Shown: positions 39,437 to 52,961, numbered from the stretch's first letter. The stretch is DNA of 64,000 nucleotides from Tricharina praecox (GCF_024521635.1 NW_026250434.1:248001-312000); one strand, 5' to 3'. The notes: generated from the letters alone by a model not told the origin. A program made the numbers and translations.

Positions 39437-41095
39437 AAAGATCGGTGCCCTTTCTCCCCTTTCTGCGGACGTGTGGTTATTTGATTGACGACGATTGGCT
39501 TGTGTGAGTGGGGAAAGATCTTGATTTGATGCCATTTTGTTGCGAGGGGGAGGGGAGGTGGGGGCAGGCATAACACTTTTCTTCTTGTTTTCGAGAGAGC
39601 TTGTGTGTGTTTGTCTTGGTACTCAGGGCCTGAGGATTCTGCAGAATAATTCGTTGCTATTTTTGTGTTGTTTTCTCCCTGTACTTCTCTTGATTTTTCT
39701 GTTTCTTTTTTCATACGATTGTGGGCTTCTGCTTCGAGTTCTCAAGTGTATTTTGCTTGTGAGTTTAGCGGAATGGGTTTCTTTTTGTTTCTTCCTCTTA
39801 TGATGACCATGACCTGAAGTTTATATCTGTGGATTATTTTTTCTTCTCATTTTTCAGTTTCAACTTCTCTTCACGCTGGGCATATCCTTTTATCTTTTTT
39901 GATTCATTCACGAACGGTTCTTATTTCACAGGGCGATATTGGGGGTGGGGGTTTTTTACGGTTATTTTTCTTCTCTTTCGTTCGTTGATTGATATTCCCG
40001 ACTTTTTGATGTCTCTCTATCTCTCTCTGTCTCACTCTTTTCCTACCTATACCTTTGCATTTCTTCAGGGTTTCGTCCGTCCACGGTACAGGGTGTTTTG
40101 ACTTGCAGTTTCTGTGATGAATATTTTTTTCTCCTCGATTTTGCATTTGGGATGGGGGTTTCTTCATTTTTTTTCTCTCTCTCTCTCTATTTTGCTATGC
40201 TCTACGGCTCTACGGTGCGGTGCGGGGAGTTTCGTTTGCAATTAACAGTGCGAGACCGTGACAGGCCGTGATGATGTTCTGCCTTCCGTTGATGATGATG
40301 ATGAGTGAAATCGGAACAAGTACCCAAGTATCCAAGTACGATACATACCCAGGGTGATGATTTGCGGGGTGGTGGTGTTGCTGCTGGTGGAGGGTGGTGG
40401 TGGAGGCATCTAACTACCGGTGGGTAGTTACAGATGGTTCTCGGAAAAAACTTGGAAGCCCGACGGGCCCGGGGGCGATGGTGTCCAATAAGAAGTGCCT
40501 CAACTGCTGCACACACTCCGGAAGTGGATTCGCACACGCGGGAGAAACATTCCGAGTGATGGTGGTGTGGTGGTGGGTGGTGATACGAATGAAATATGCT
40601 TCCGGGGGCTCAGAGACAAAGTCAAAGTCGAGTCTACCATCATGTATCCTTTGTATCCCCCGGAAGTCGGGACTTGGACCTGTACTCTACGGCACTCTGC
40701 TACCGGTAGGGCAGACTCCACGACGAAGAGGAGCTCGAGGGCGCGGGCTTATGCAGGTCCACCATGCAGTGAAAAGCCACACTTGTCTCATAGGGCGAGG
40801 GTGTGGCTTGTGCCCTCACGTTTTAGCGCAGCAACAAAGAACTCCGTGTGTGCCTGCAGCCTGCATCACACGATCTTTCCCTTCCGTTCGTTCGTGTGAA
40901 AACCAACTCACTTCACTTGAACCCACTCACAACCTCCACCACTACTACCCCCACCAACACCACCACCATAAACACCCTCGTGGCACTTTTACCAATACTA
41001 CGCCCATCTGATACCACGCCACACCAAAGCCCCCCTATTCCCGCGTAATACCGACCAACCATCGGGCATAGCTGCTGCAGCAGCATCCCCGCGGC

Positions 41096-42888
41096 ATGTC
41101 CGCCAGCAGCTTCTTCGACAAGCTCAGGGCACCCGGCACAACCCCGATCTCGCCGCAGGGCAAGGTGGTCAAGATACGGAACAGCAGTAGCAGCGCTACT
41201 AAGAGCAGCAGCAGTAGCACCAGCAAGCAGAATAGCAGCAGTAGTAGCAAGAAGGTTGTCGTGGCCGCATCCACAAATGGCCGACCACCGTTGCTGCCCT
41301 CCGACCGTTCCAAAAAACTGCCACATCCCCGCCGAGTGCAGTCGACGGTGACACTTGCGGTGCAGGACTCCCGACCCATGCCTGCTTCTGCTCGCAGCAG
41401 CGCCGAGTCGACTCGCTCGACGCCGAACCTAAAGCGGCGCCCGTCGTCGTCCCCGGCACACCTCAAGCCGCCGGAACCCTCACGCCCCGCACGCCTCGAG
41501 TCGAGCGACGACGAGTCCTCCGCCGACGAGAGGGAGACCAAGCGCTCGAAGATGGGGTCCGCGTCACCGCTGGCCGCTCAGCTCGTTGACCCCGGGAGAC
41601 GCCCTGTACACCCGATCAGCTTCCGGTCGAAGGACCCGGAGACGGGGAAGCCGCTCGAACGCTGTCAGTTCATCGACAGCGAGAAGATTGCGAACGACGG
41701 CTTGCCGAACTGGTCGCGACGAAGAGGTCTGCGACTGTCCCTTTCCCCTTGTTGGGTTTTCTTTCTTTTTCCTTTGTCTTTTCGTCGCGCGCGACAAAGT
41801 CTCCCCGCCACTGACGAATCGCAGAATTCAAGTCGAAGGGAGCAGATTTTTCGCTGAGGGTGGGACTGCACTACCCGGGCATTGCCGACCAGGAGGCGTA
41901 TCAACTCGTGGAGCACAGCGACCCCGACGAGCACAACCCGGTAATCGAGATCATCGAGTCTATGGAACTCGTGGCCACCTACCTACTGCCGCCGGAACTC
42001 GCACGCGATGTCCACTCGAGTGCCTCGGGCACGATGGTGTATCGGATGCGCCGCGGACTCAAGGATGGTGACCGCGACAAGTTCTTTGAGAACCTCAAGG
42101 CCTACAACCAGCTGGTTCGGAAAGCTAGGCGAGACGGAACGTTCAAGAGGCGCATCGCCGCCATGACCTACATCCCTTCGCCGCTGGTCGAGCACATCCT
42201 CGGCCAGAGCTATGCGCGCACGGTGGCCCTCCAGGTCGAGGGCCTCAAGGACTACCAGGCGTTCACCAGCGAAGTCTACGGTGAACTACTGCCCAAGCTC
42301 ACCTCAAAGATGTTCAAAGAGGCGAACCTCACGAGCGACAAGGTGTTTGTTGATCTCGGAAGCGGCACCGGCAATGTGGTCATGCACGCCGCTCTCGAGT
42401 GTGGCTGTGAGTCGTGGGGTTGCGAAAAGATGGACAAGCCGGCGGCTCTCGCCGAGAAGCAGCGAAAGGAGTTCATCGCGCGCTGCCGGATGTGGGGCAT
42501 CGCCCACGGCGAGGTGCACCTCGAACACGACACGTTCCTTGAAAACCGCAACATCGCGGCGGCGCTGCGTCGCGCCGACGTCCTGCTGGTCAACAACTTT
42601 GCATTCGAGCCAGATCTTAATCAGAAGCTGCTCGACATGTTTCTCGACCTCAAGGAGGGAACCATCGTGTTCAGCCTCAAGCCATTCGTGCCCGCGAACC
42701 ACGTTATCACCACCCGCAACGCCGAGAGCCCCGTCAATCGCCTGCGCATGGTCGAGAGACGTTACTTCTCGAGAGAGGTCAGCTGGACCGACTCCGGCGG
42801 GAAGTATTACGTCCACACGGTCGACAGCAGTATGCTCCGCGAGTTCTTCGATAGAGATGAGGAACGCAAGCAGTTGGCGCTGACATGA
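41096..42888 (+). CDS. DOT1: Histone H3K79 methyltransferase Dot1
   Basis: VYGELLP, SAM motif VFVDLGSGTGNVV, SWGCEKM, DVLLVNNFAF, VSWTDSGGKYY. One intron at 41727-41824 with a weak GTCTGC donor. Confidence 0.94.
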
Positions 42889-43140
42889 TTTACGGTTCGC
42901 GATTTCACGGCACGGCACGGTACGGGGAAGGGGGGTGTGGGGGAAGGGACGGCTGAGGAGTGGGCTTGTCTTGGAGTAATACCTTTTTTTGTGTCGGGGT
43001 AGGATCTAAGACGGATCTGTGGAAGTGTTGATTTTCGTTTCGTTATCTTTTCCGCTGCTACCTAGTTCACACGATACCACGCGCCGATGAGCCCCCCTAT
43101 ACCTAAATACTTTTGCTCTGTGTTTGTTTTTCATCTTCAT

Positions 43141-43245
43141 CTTCTTCTTCTTCTTCTTCTTCTTCTTCTTCTTCTTCTTCTTCTTCTTCTTCTTCTTCTT
43201 CTTCTTCTTCTTCTTCTTCTTCTTCTTCTTCTTCTTCTTCTTCTT
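43141..43245. repeat. (CTT/GAA)35 microsatellite downstream of DOT1
   Basis: Uninterrupted CTT run of 105 nt, preceded by CTTCAT variants. Confidence 0.97.
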
Positions 43246-43775
43246 GATCTTTCGGTTCCCTTGTGCGAATACCATATCCCCCCCGTTTGGTCGCCTGTTT
43301 TGTTCGTTTTTTTTCTTCCATTTATTTGGGACTGGGTAGATGTGTAGTATGTACAGCATTTTACGGCTCTAACTACACTTAGACATGATATGATATGTAG
43401 TATTTCTACGATGGAGAATAGGATGGAGAATAGGAATGAAGGCGTTATGTAACGTTAACACATGCCCTTTTGAGCAGTGGTAGTGGCATGTAGATCCCCC
43501 GCATTCTTCACCCCACCGACCGTGTATAGTACCCGCTACATACCTAGGTACGCGCCTTGTGGTGGTCGATTCGGCATCCAACGGCTATCTGAGTCATGCC
43601 TCCCGCATCCTCGCCCCCTCCCCCACATACACATGCCGCCGCGATGCGGGGGACGCGAGGAGTACATATAAGTGCCGCGATGCACTCACCAGCTGTATGC
43701 ACATGTACTCGACATTGTACAGAGTAATTATACCTCCCAACCAACCTCCCAACCACCACCACCACCTTCACAACA

Positions 43776-44958
43776 ATGCCCATAACCCTCGGCGTCGCCC
43801 AATACCCGACGCAGCGAACACTCGCGCGGACACTGTCTTTGCTAGCGACCGTAACCCGCAAGTCCGCACTGGAGGGTATCAACCTCCTTGTGTTCCCGGA
43901 GGCGTTCCTGGGGGGGTACCCGCGCACCAGCACGTTCGGCAGCTCGATCGGCAGCCGCACCGACGCCGGCCGCGACGAGTACTTCGCCTACTACTCCTCG
44001 GCCGTGGATCTCGGAGATGTTGACCCCGAGGGCTTGGGGGTGTACACGGGCCCCGGCGATGGCACGAGACAGGTGTTGGAGGACCTGGCGAGGGAGACGG
44101 GGGTTTTCTTGGTTGTGGGAGTCGTCGAGAGGGCCGGCGGGTCGTTGTTCTGTGCGTGTGTGAGTGTGTGTCCGCAAAGGGGACTCGTCGCGAAGAGGAG
44201 GAAGGTCATGCCGACCGGCGCCGAGCGAGTGGTTTGGGCGGTTGGATCGCAGAAGACTCTGAAGGCTGTTGAGGCCGAGATTGGGGGCGAGAAGGTTGTG
44301 ATCGGCGCTGCGATATGTTGGGAGAATTAGTACGCCCCTCGTTCCCTCCTCTCCCCGCTCCTCGGTGCGGTGCTGACTGGCTGGCGGGTCGGGTATGTAG
44401 CATGCCGCTCCTGCGAACCTCACTCTACTCTCAGGGCGTGACCTTGTACATCGCGCCGACGGCGGACGCGCGTGAGAGCTGGATCGCAACGATGCAGCAC
44501 ATCGCGCTGGAGGGCCGCTGTTTCGTCGTGGGGTGCAACCAATTCGTGACGCGCGAGACGCTGCCCGAGTATGTTCCTGGGGCTGTGGAGGTGGACATGG
44601 AGGACGACGACGACGTGGACGGGGATCTCGAGGCTGTCGCCCAGGGCGAGGTTGTATGTAACGGCGGCAGCGTCGTTTTTGATCCCCTTGGAAATCTACT
44701 GGCGGGGCCGATGTGGGGGACTGCGGGGGTGCTCAGGGCGGAGATTGGCGATGTACAGAAGGCTGTCGTCAGGGCGAAGATGGATCTCGATACTGCTGTG
44801 GGTGGGCATTATTCTAGGTATGTGCACCGCCCCCCCACCCGGCGCCGATGGACAACGGAAGAAGGGGAGGAGGAGGAGCATGGCTGACAGAGTGGAGTGA
44901 TAGGTCCGATGTGTTTAAGCTCGCTGTTGAGGGGTTGGATCTGTCGAGGCGGGGCTGA
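43776..44958 (+). CDS. Carbon-nitrogen hydrolase/nitrilase (Nit1-like)
   Basis: Catalytic E-K-C: VFPEAFLGGYPR, KRRKVMPTGAER, ICWENY|MPLLR; also HIALEGRCFV and GHYSR|SDVF. Introns 44330-44400 and 44818-44903. Confidence 0.92.
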
Positions 44959-45852
44959 TGTGGTGCGGGGTGTTTATATATATGTCGGTGGAGAGGCTGT
45001 ACATACCTATACCGGTGCCAGTCAGTGGCTACATGAAAAAAAGACGTTTCTAACGCTCGTGATCCCGTTGCCTGCAGTCTCAGGTGAAAGAAGAGTGTCA
45101 TCGTCCTGTGTCGCGCCAGGTTATCCAGTCAGTCGATGGAGATAACTGTGTGTCCTCGGTTTGAAGTTTGAACGAGAGAGACCAGCCGATTAGTCTGATC
45201 TCTCTGGACAGATTCGAAGCACATCAAAGGAATAGGACAAACACGATTCAATACGTGCAAGAAACAGCCCGAGACCGAGACGGCAAGCTCCAATGATACA
45301 TTAGGTACCGATAGATCGCGGGAGCGTCAGCTCTGGAACGGGCTCTATGATGACCCCCTCTCCAGTTACTTTCATAGGGTATCACTCGTATATCGGTCCA
45401 CTTTCCGGGTGTGCACCAGTGAGAAGCCTCCATCCAGCTCTCTGCGGGACTGGCAGGAAATCAGACAGGTCGCACGCGATAATAAATCGACGTTCTCTCT
45501 CTCTGAGAAGTTCGGCACGAGATCTTGAAATACCTGGAAGGTGATTGGACATAATCGAATGCAGGATGATGAGCGGAAATAAAAGAACTCATTGTTTTTG
45601 GTATGTAGATTAGGGATGAAGGCGCTGCAGTGGGTCAAGAAACATTTGGAATTTGGCATCTTCTACAGCGGGCACGGAAATATGCGGGGCTTGGAGGGAG
45701 CTCCGATACTATATCTACTGTCATGACCGGAACGTTGAAACCAATTCACAATGATCTAATTCAGCCTGCAACCTTTCCCCCATTGAACTGGCACTTTCAC
45801 TCTATTACGATCCAAGCAAGATATGTAGTAGGTACGGGTACAAATACGTCCC

Positions 45853-48025
45853 CTACAACCTCCTCAACCTCTCCGCGGGGGTCCTCCCCTCCGGTGCGGG
45901 CCAAGCCGCAACGACCTCATCGACCTCATCCAGAAAGCTGGACGAATTATGGACGACGGTACCACCGAGGACGACCCTGACGCCGGGTGTGCTCGCATTA
46001 ATCTGCGCGATGAGTTTTGCCTCCTCGTAAGTGGCGCCGCCGATCATGAACACGATGATATCCTGCGGCTTCTCGCGGGTGTTGGGGCTGCCCTCGACGA
46101 AAGGGTGGGTTTGCTCGCGGAGACGGCCTTTGACTAGGTTGTTGAGGGTCTGCTCCATGCGCGGTGAGTGCTGCGTGTACACGTTCTCCACGCCTTTGAG
46201 ACCCTTGAAGCCGCTTCGTGCGCGGGAGAAGATGGATTCCGCTTCGAAGAGGTCTTCTTGCCGTTGGAGGGAGCTGGTGTAGGTTATGAGGTTTTTGATG
46301 GTCTGGTGGGCGTTAGTAAAGGTAGAGCTGGAGAGAGGATGGCTTACGTTAACGTCGCGTTGGGGTACTCCGCCGATACCCAGGAGGTCTAGTAGAGCGG
46401 GGAGCGCGTTTTGCGGATGACGCTCGTACCGCAGACTGTACAATGCCACCAGCCGGACCTTGTTGCTGCTTGGTATGGGCGACTGTAGCATCCGTTGGAC
46501 TGTCTACTGGAGCATCAGCACCTCGCATCCCGTCTCACGGAAAGCCACAGCCAGACGCACCTTAAGATCTGCCGAATGGGAATCATTGCACGCGAGACTC
46601 TGCTCCAGCTCCGAGACTTCCAGCAAGTTATCTCTATCGACCCTACGACTGAGCTCGCCGACCAGTGTGACGTGCTTGCTGACGTTCCCCGACAGCCGTC
46701 GGAACTCGGGGTACTCCTCCACAAACCGCTTCATATCGGCAATACTTTCTATGTTCATGTTCGATTTCGTTTTGGTCTGATACTGGTCGACGTAGTCTTT
46801 GATATTGCCACCTAGGTCGCCGAAGTTGAGGTACATGTTCTTCTTGAAGAACGGATCTTGGTCTTGTGAGAGGACTATCTCCTGCGGACCCATCAGCGCC
46901 GTGCCATATAGTAGATTTCATGTAGTCCCACCTTCAACTCCGGCCGTACATCCGGCACCTCCGACAGATCCACGCGTCCATTATTGATACCCAGCAGTTC
47001 GTGCACCATAGCTTGATACGTCCACTGACTGAGCAGCGGAGTGACGGGATCATTCCTGCGATCCAGAATCAGCAGTACAGGGGGAGTATCTGCCATCCTG
47101 CCAAAATCAAACAACTGCTCCTCCTTCCCCATCTGGTACTTGATCTCAGCGGCGAGCTTCTTCGCCGCATGACTATTCTTCTCGTATCTGATCATTGGTT
47201 TTTTCTTCAGACTCAGCAGCACCGCCAGTACGCCCTCGTGCGATCGCGCCAGCGCATCCGCATCCCACATGTCCGGATTGCCCGACCACACTCGCTTCTG
47301 CAGCCCCAGCGAGAACAGGTCCGGGTTGATGACGAGGTAGTCAGCAAAGTGCTCCTGCACCATCCGCACGATCTCGTGGTCATCCGCCTCCGCCAGGCGC
47401 TCCAGGCTGGACTTCTTGACGATGTTGCTAAAGACTATCCCACACGATCAGCCCCCTCCACCCCCTTACACCCGCCCAACCCCACAGAACGTACAGATGT
47501 TGTATTCCCCGTACTTCGGCTCCCGGAACTCATCGATCAGCAGCTGAATACTGTCGGGCGACGGCCGCACGAAGCAGAGACAACGCAGGTGCCGCATCTT
47601 CTCGCGCTCGGAATTATCTAGGCGGCTATGCGGTCAGCCATCTGCCGCACCCACCCCCCATTCCACCCCCTATCCCTCCCCCAATCCCTCCCCCGTTCTC
47701 CTCCATCGTCGCCACCTACTCGATAAGGTAGATCTCGTGCGCGAGCAGCGCGGACTGCGTGACGGCCGAGGAAACGATGGACACCTATGTATCGCGATCC
47801 GAGCAGCTAGGTCAGCACACCGGCACACTTCCTCTCCCCCCCTTCCCCTTCCCCATCCCCCCGACCCCCGACCCCCGACCCCCCAAACCCCACCACCAAA
47901 GCAAAAGCAACACGCACAGTTTCGCTATCCAGCAGGAGAATCTTCATTTTCCCTGAGGGCCCCGTGGCGCCTTCGGGCGAGACCATCTTGGTGACATAGT
48001 TCGAGATGGCGGCGACGATATCCAT
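45853..48025 (-). CDS. VPS45: Sec1/Munc18 family protein Vps45
   Basis: KMKILLLDSET, LILDRRNDPVTPLLSQWTYQAMVHEL, NVSKHVTLVGELS, ENVYTQHSP, IIVFMIGGATYEEA. About 6 introns. Confidence 0.95.
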
Positions 48026-48886
48026 GGTTCCGTTCGTTGGTGGGTGCTCGTTGCTCGTTGCTCAGGGTGCTGGCTGCAGTTACGTAGGGTGCCGGTAGAG
48101 CAGTTGCTTGCTTGGTTAGCTGTGCTGTGCTGTGCGCGGTTAGACTTGTGGTTGGTTGGTTGGTTGGTCCGAGCTCGGACAAGCGAGGCTGGGCGGGAGT
48201 CGGGACATGGGTGAGACAGCTGCAGCTGGCTGCAGATCCTCAATGGGATTTCCAATGGTCGAGGAGATAGAGTAGTTACCGTAAAGTGGCTATCGAGATG
48301 TAATCAATCTATGGCCACTTTGCTTTGCATCTCGAACAGGGTAGAGAGAGTGGCTCCGTGCGATGGCAATAGGTATGAGATGTCCGAGAGTAAATAGTCC
48401 TGCTTCTCTGCTTTGCTACCTATTTGGAAGAAACTCAGCCTGGCGGGGGCCATGGGTTGTGCTCAACATCAGCTCTGAGCGGCTATTGATTCACCTCGCA
48501 AGACCTATTCAGCCCGCCAGAACTCGCAGTTGATATCTATTACCGCATCCTCCCCTTCATCTGTAGGCTGCTGCACATGTAACCAATCTCACCACAAAAG
48601 AATAGAGTACACCGCTCCCTCCCAATGCCCATGTCACCACAAGCCGGCACAAGCCGAACGAGAAAAAAAAACAAACAGAACTTTTCGGCTCATCGCCACC
48701 CGCCGCGCCGGGAAGAACACAAAAAGTATTGCCACACAAACGCCAGAAAACAAAGCCCAAACGTTATGCCTCCAAGTCTGTTCCCGCCATCGATATCTAA
48801 GAACGAAAAGAACAAAAACGAAGAAAATGCCTTGGAGTAGGTAGAAATAGGGATCAAGGAGGGGGTATTTGCGGCGATTGAAGTCA

Positions 48887-50448
48887 CTACTGCTGAGCGC
48901 ACTGAGGCCCTTCTTGTTCCTCGTCTTCGCTTTCGTCTTCCCAGACCGCGTCGTCACCGCCGAACTGTGGTACCGTGTCAGTTGTTCGGCCCGTCAGGAA
49001 AATATGCAGGGTGTGGGGTTACTCACATCCTGGAGAGAAGCATTCCGAACGTAGTCGTGCTCGTCGATAACGTCGGCATCAATCTTCGGGTGAGAGGGTG
49101 GGGGAAGGACATTCCGGATAGCCTCGACGTCCGGTTTCCAGCCCTTCTCAGGGAACTCGATCGAAACGACCAAGTACAGGTCACCCTTGCCCTCGCCCTT
49201 CTTATGGGGCATGCCCTCGCCGGGGATCTTGAGAACCTGGCCGGACTTCAAGAACTCGCCAACAGGATGAGTGAGCTGGATGCCCCGTCCGTCCAGATGC
49301 TTCAGCACCACTCTGCTGAACCCGGTCAAGCTCTCCACGAGGTCAACCTTTAACGTAGCGCTGAGGTCGGCTCCGACACGGGTAAACACCTCATGGTCCT
49401 TCTCCTCGAGGATGAAGACGATATCGCCCGTCTCGAAACCAGGCTGCTCGTCCGCCTCACCCTCGAGAACAATCTTGTCGCCCTCTTTCGATCCGCGGGG
49501 AATGTAGACCTCCAGCACCTTCTTCTCCTCCTGCACGCACGTGCCCTTGCACTTCTTGCAACGGTCCTTGTCGCGGAATACCATGCCGCTGCTCCGGCAG
49601 TTGGAGCAGGGAATGTCCTGTTGCGTGACGAGCCCAGGACCGACGACGCGGCGCGCCTGGTTCCAGCCTCGTCCGTCACAGGTGGAACACTTCTTGGGCT
49701 TGGATTTATCCTTTCCTCCAGTGCTAGCACAAGTCAGCATTTCCCGATCCACCGCTCCACCTCGAGCCGGAGACACAGCAAACATACCCAGCGCAAGTAC
49801 CACAGAACTTATTCCTAGTCGAACTCAACTTGACCGTCTTGCCCTTATACAGTTCCTCGAGCGAGACTTCATACTGATGCACGACGTCCCTCCCCTTCTG
49901 TTTCTGCTGCCTAGCGGGGCCACCCCTTCCCCCCATTCCTGGCATGCCTCCCATACCACCCATACCGGGCATGCCCCCCATCCCGCCCATCCCGCCCATA
50001 AACATCTGCGCGAGAATATCGTCCAAGTCCACGCCGTCGGCGGGACCACCGCCGTTCTCGAACGCCGCCATGCCGAAGCGGTCGTACCGCTCGCGCGTCT
50101 CGTCCTCAAACAGGATCTCGTACGCTTGGCTCACCGCCTTGAACTTTATCTCGGCCTCCGCACGCTCGGCTTCCGGGACCTTGTCGGGGTGCGATGCGAG
50201 CGCCGCCTAGGTGGTGGTATGTCAGTACTACTAGGACTACGACGACTCCGGCTCTGAGCCATGGCATATAGACGGGGGGCTGGGACCTTGTGGTAGGCTT
50301 TCTTGATCTCGACTTTGCTGGCGGATTTGGAGACGCCGAGGGTTTCGTAGAGGTCTATCGTCTCCACTGTTGCAGTGCAGTCCAGTCAGCAATGCTGATC
50401 GTATAGTTTGTAGTAGTAGCGGGGTGGAGGGGGGGAGGGGGACGAACT
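48887..50448 (-). CDS. Type I DnaJ/Hsp40 (Xdj1/Ydj1-like) with C-terminal CaaX (CAQQ)
   Basis: J-domain with HPD (ALASHPDK), G/M-rich region, CxxCxGxG zinc fingers, GEGMP, ending PQCAQQ*. The start ATG is split A|TG by intron 50447-50367; further introns at 50286-50207, about 49787-49724 and about 49027-48966. Confidence 0.92.
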
Positions 50449-51345
50449 GGTTGCAGTTTTTGTCGAGCGGTAGGAAGGGGCAAGGGCGAGGGAGCGAAGC
50501 TGCGAAGGTGGTTGGTTGGTGAATCGAGTGGTGAGTGAGTGGGTTGGTGAGAGGTGAGAGGTGAGGCTGGATTGCTTGTGGCAGGCAGTTTGTTCTAAGT
50601 TATGCTCTTCGCGCGATGCGGCTCTTATTTTAGAGGCTGCAAAAAAACGGTAAACGCCACATGCCGTGTGCTTGGTGCTTGCCCCACCTAACAAATGTGG
50701 AAAAACTGTGGCGGCGTGAGAAAGCAAGGATTCACGCGTAACGACATCAGGGCTCAAGCTACCAAGCTAGTCCTGCTGGTATGTGTCGGAAGGCTGTCTT
50801 GTTCGTCATTTGTAATTGAGCATGTAGAATAGAAACCAGCAAGTGATAGCAAGTCCGAACAGGCACTCAATTCGATTCCGCTTTCCAACCACTATCACCA
50901 TCATCATCACCACCAATCATTGCATCTTTACAGTACACGAGTTTTGTTTTTTGAGAGTTGAGACCAGCCAGAAACACACACAAAAGAAACCCCATATATC
51001 AACTCGAAACCAGAAGAAAGAGAAAGAGAAGAAAAAACCCAGAAAGAAAGAAAGGAAAAGCCCCCGAGTTTCGCAATTGGTATGGCAAAAAACGCTTTGC
51101 AGTGAAAACCCCTTCAAACGACAAGGCATGCCATGCTTGCAAGAACCGAAAGAGCTAGAAAAGAAAAAGAAAAGAGGGAAAAAAAGAAAAGCATGTAAAA
51201 AGAAAAAAGAAAAAAAAACCCAATGACACCATCGACCATTCCCAACCCGACAGACCAAAATGAAAATGAAGGAAACACACAGAAAGACCATTATGTTGTT
51301 ACAATCGTTAGAGCAGCAGCAGCAGCAGCAGCAAGAGCAGTACGT

Positions 51346-52693
51346 TTAAAAGTCGTCATCGAAGATGAGACCATCATCGCCTTCCTGCGCGTGTGGCGGG
51401 GCGGGGGAGCCATCGGCGCTAGGCACGGCCTCCTTCTTGGTGGTGGAAGCCATGACACCAGCCTTCTGGTAGTCTCCGACGCGCTTCTCAAAGAAGTTGG
51501 TCTTTCCTGCGAGCGAGATGCTCTCCATAAAGTCGAACGGGTTGGTGGCGTTGTAGTGCTTGGGGTTTCCGAGCGACAGCAGCAGGCGGTCGGCCACAAA
51601 CTCAATGTATTGTACCATCAACTTGGAATTCATGCCGAGCAACGCCACGGGAAGGGCTTCCGTCAGGAACTCGCACTCGATGGCGACAGCCTCGGCAATG
51701 ATGGCGAGCACCTCCTCGTGGCTGGAGCGGTGGTTGAGGTGCGAGAACAGAAGGCAGGCGAAGTCGGTGTGCAGACCCTCGTCACGCGAGATGAGCTCGT
51801 TGGAGAAAGAGAGGCCGGGCATGAGGCCACGCTTCTTGAGCCAGAAGATGGATGCGAACGATCCACTGAAGAAGATGCCCTCAACGGCAGCAAAGGCAAC
51901 CAGACGCTGGGCGAACGAAGACTCGGTGTCTTCGATCCACTTGAGTGCCCAGTCGGCCTTCTTCTTGATGCAGGGGATGGTCTCGATCGCGTCGAACAGG
52001 TACGTGCGCTGCTTAGGGTCCTTGACGTAGGTGTCGATCAGGAGCGAGTAGGTCTCGGAGTGGATGTTCTCCATCATGATCTGGAAGCCGTAGAAGCACC
52101 TGGCCTCGGGAGCCTGGACCTCATTGCTGAAGCGCTGGACGAGGTTCTCGTTGACGATGCCGTCGGAAGCGGCGAAGAAGGCGAGGACGTGCGACACAAA
52201 GTACCGCTCGTCGTCGTTCAATCTGTTGTGCCAGTCGTGCAGATCCTTCGACAGATCGATCTCCTCAGCGGTCCAGAACGAAGCCTCGGCCTTCTTGTAC
52301 ATCTGCCAGATCTGCAACACGAAAATCAATTAACACGTGAACACGTGACAGCGAGGACATGCAATGTAATATGTACCTCGTGGTATTTGATGGGGAACAG
52401 CACGAAGCGCTGCTTGTTCTCCATGAGCAGCGGCTCATCCTGCTCGTGGGCCTTGATGGTAGTTGGCAGATTGACCAGCTTCTCTACGGGCTTCGGTGCG
52501 GGCTCGGACTTGGTGGAGGTCTTGTGCAGGTTGGCCTTCAGGGACGCGATATCGTCGAGCTGCATGTTGGACAAGGCACTAGCAGTCTTTGGCCACGCAC
52601 AATCAGCAAACGCCCTCAGTCTGCGGAAGTTGCAACCTCGCGGCACTCAAAGATGTCGCATACCTTCTTGGAAGGAGACATGGTGTTTGACAT
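51346..52693 (-). CDS. RNR2: Ribonucleotide reductase small subunit
   Basis: [53 protein letters not shown] (radical Tyr), [25 protein letters not shown], ending FDDDF*. Two introns. Confidence 0.97.
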
Positions 52694-52913
52694 TGTATCT
52701 GAAAACACAGCGGAGGACAGAAGCGGAGGTTTGGAGTACGAAGAAACAATCGAGATCAATGCGAGATTGTGGTGGGCAGGAGGACAGAGAAGACTAGCAG
52801 GATGAAATTCAGAGAGGGAGGGGTCGTGAGGTAGCAGTAGTGGTAGTAGTGTCTGTTCGTAGGGAGTAGAAAGAAGAGAAGAGAAGACGTGTAGAGTGAA
52901 AGGCGCTGGGTCT

Positions 52914-52961
52914 TTATAAGCCCGTTGAACCCCCCTCGCATCAGTTCTTCTTTCCACGCGT
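52914..52961 (-). promoter_or_regulatory. RNR2 promoter: TATA-like TATAAA plus MCB element ACGCGT
   Basis: TTTATAA on + near 52914 (TATAAA on -) and ACGCGT at 52956-52961, with more CGCG cores upstream. MBF control of RNR genes is established in yeasts. Confidence 0.55.

Noticed and set aside
43006..43359. Poly-K, poly-E, poly-L and poly-F ORFs
   Set aside because: Translations of the CTT microsatellite.
51223..52797. 524-aa antisense ORF over RNR2
   Set aside because: Mostly the mirror frame of a strongly codon-biased conserved gene, with no recognisable domain. Staying open across the introns is curious but is not evidence of a gene.
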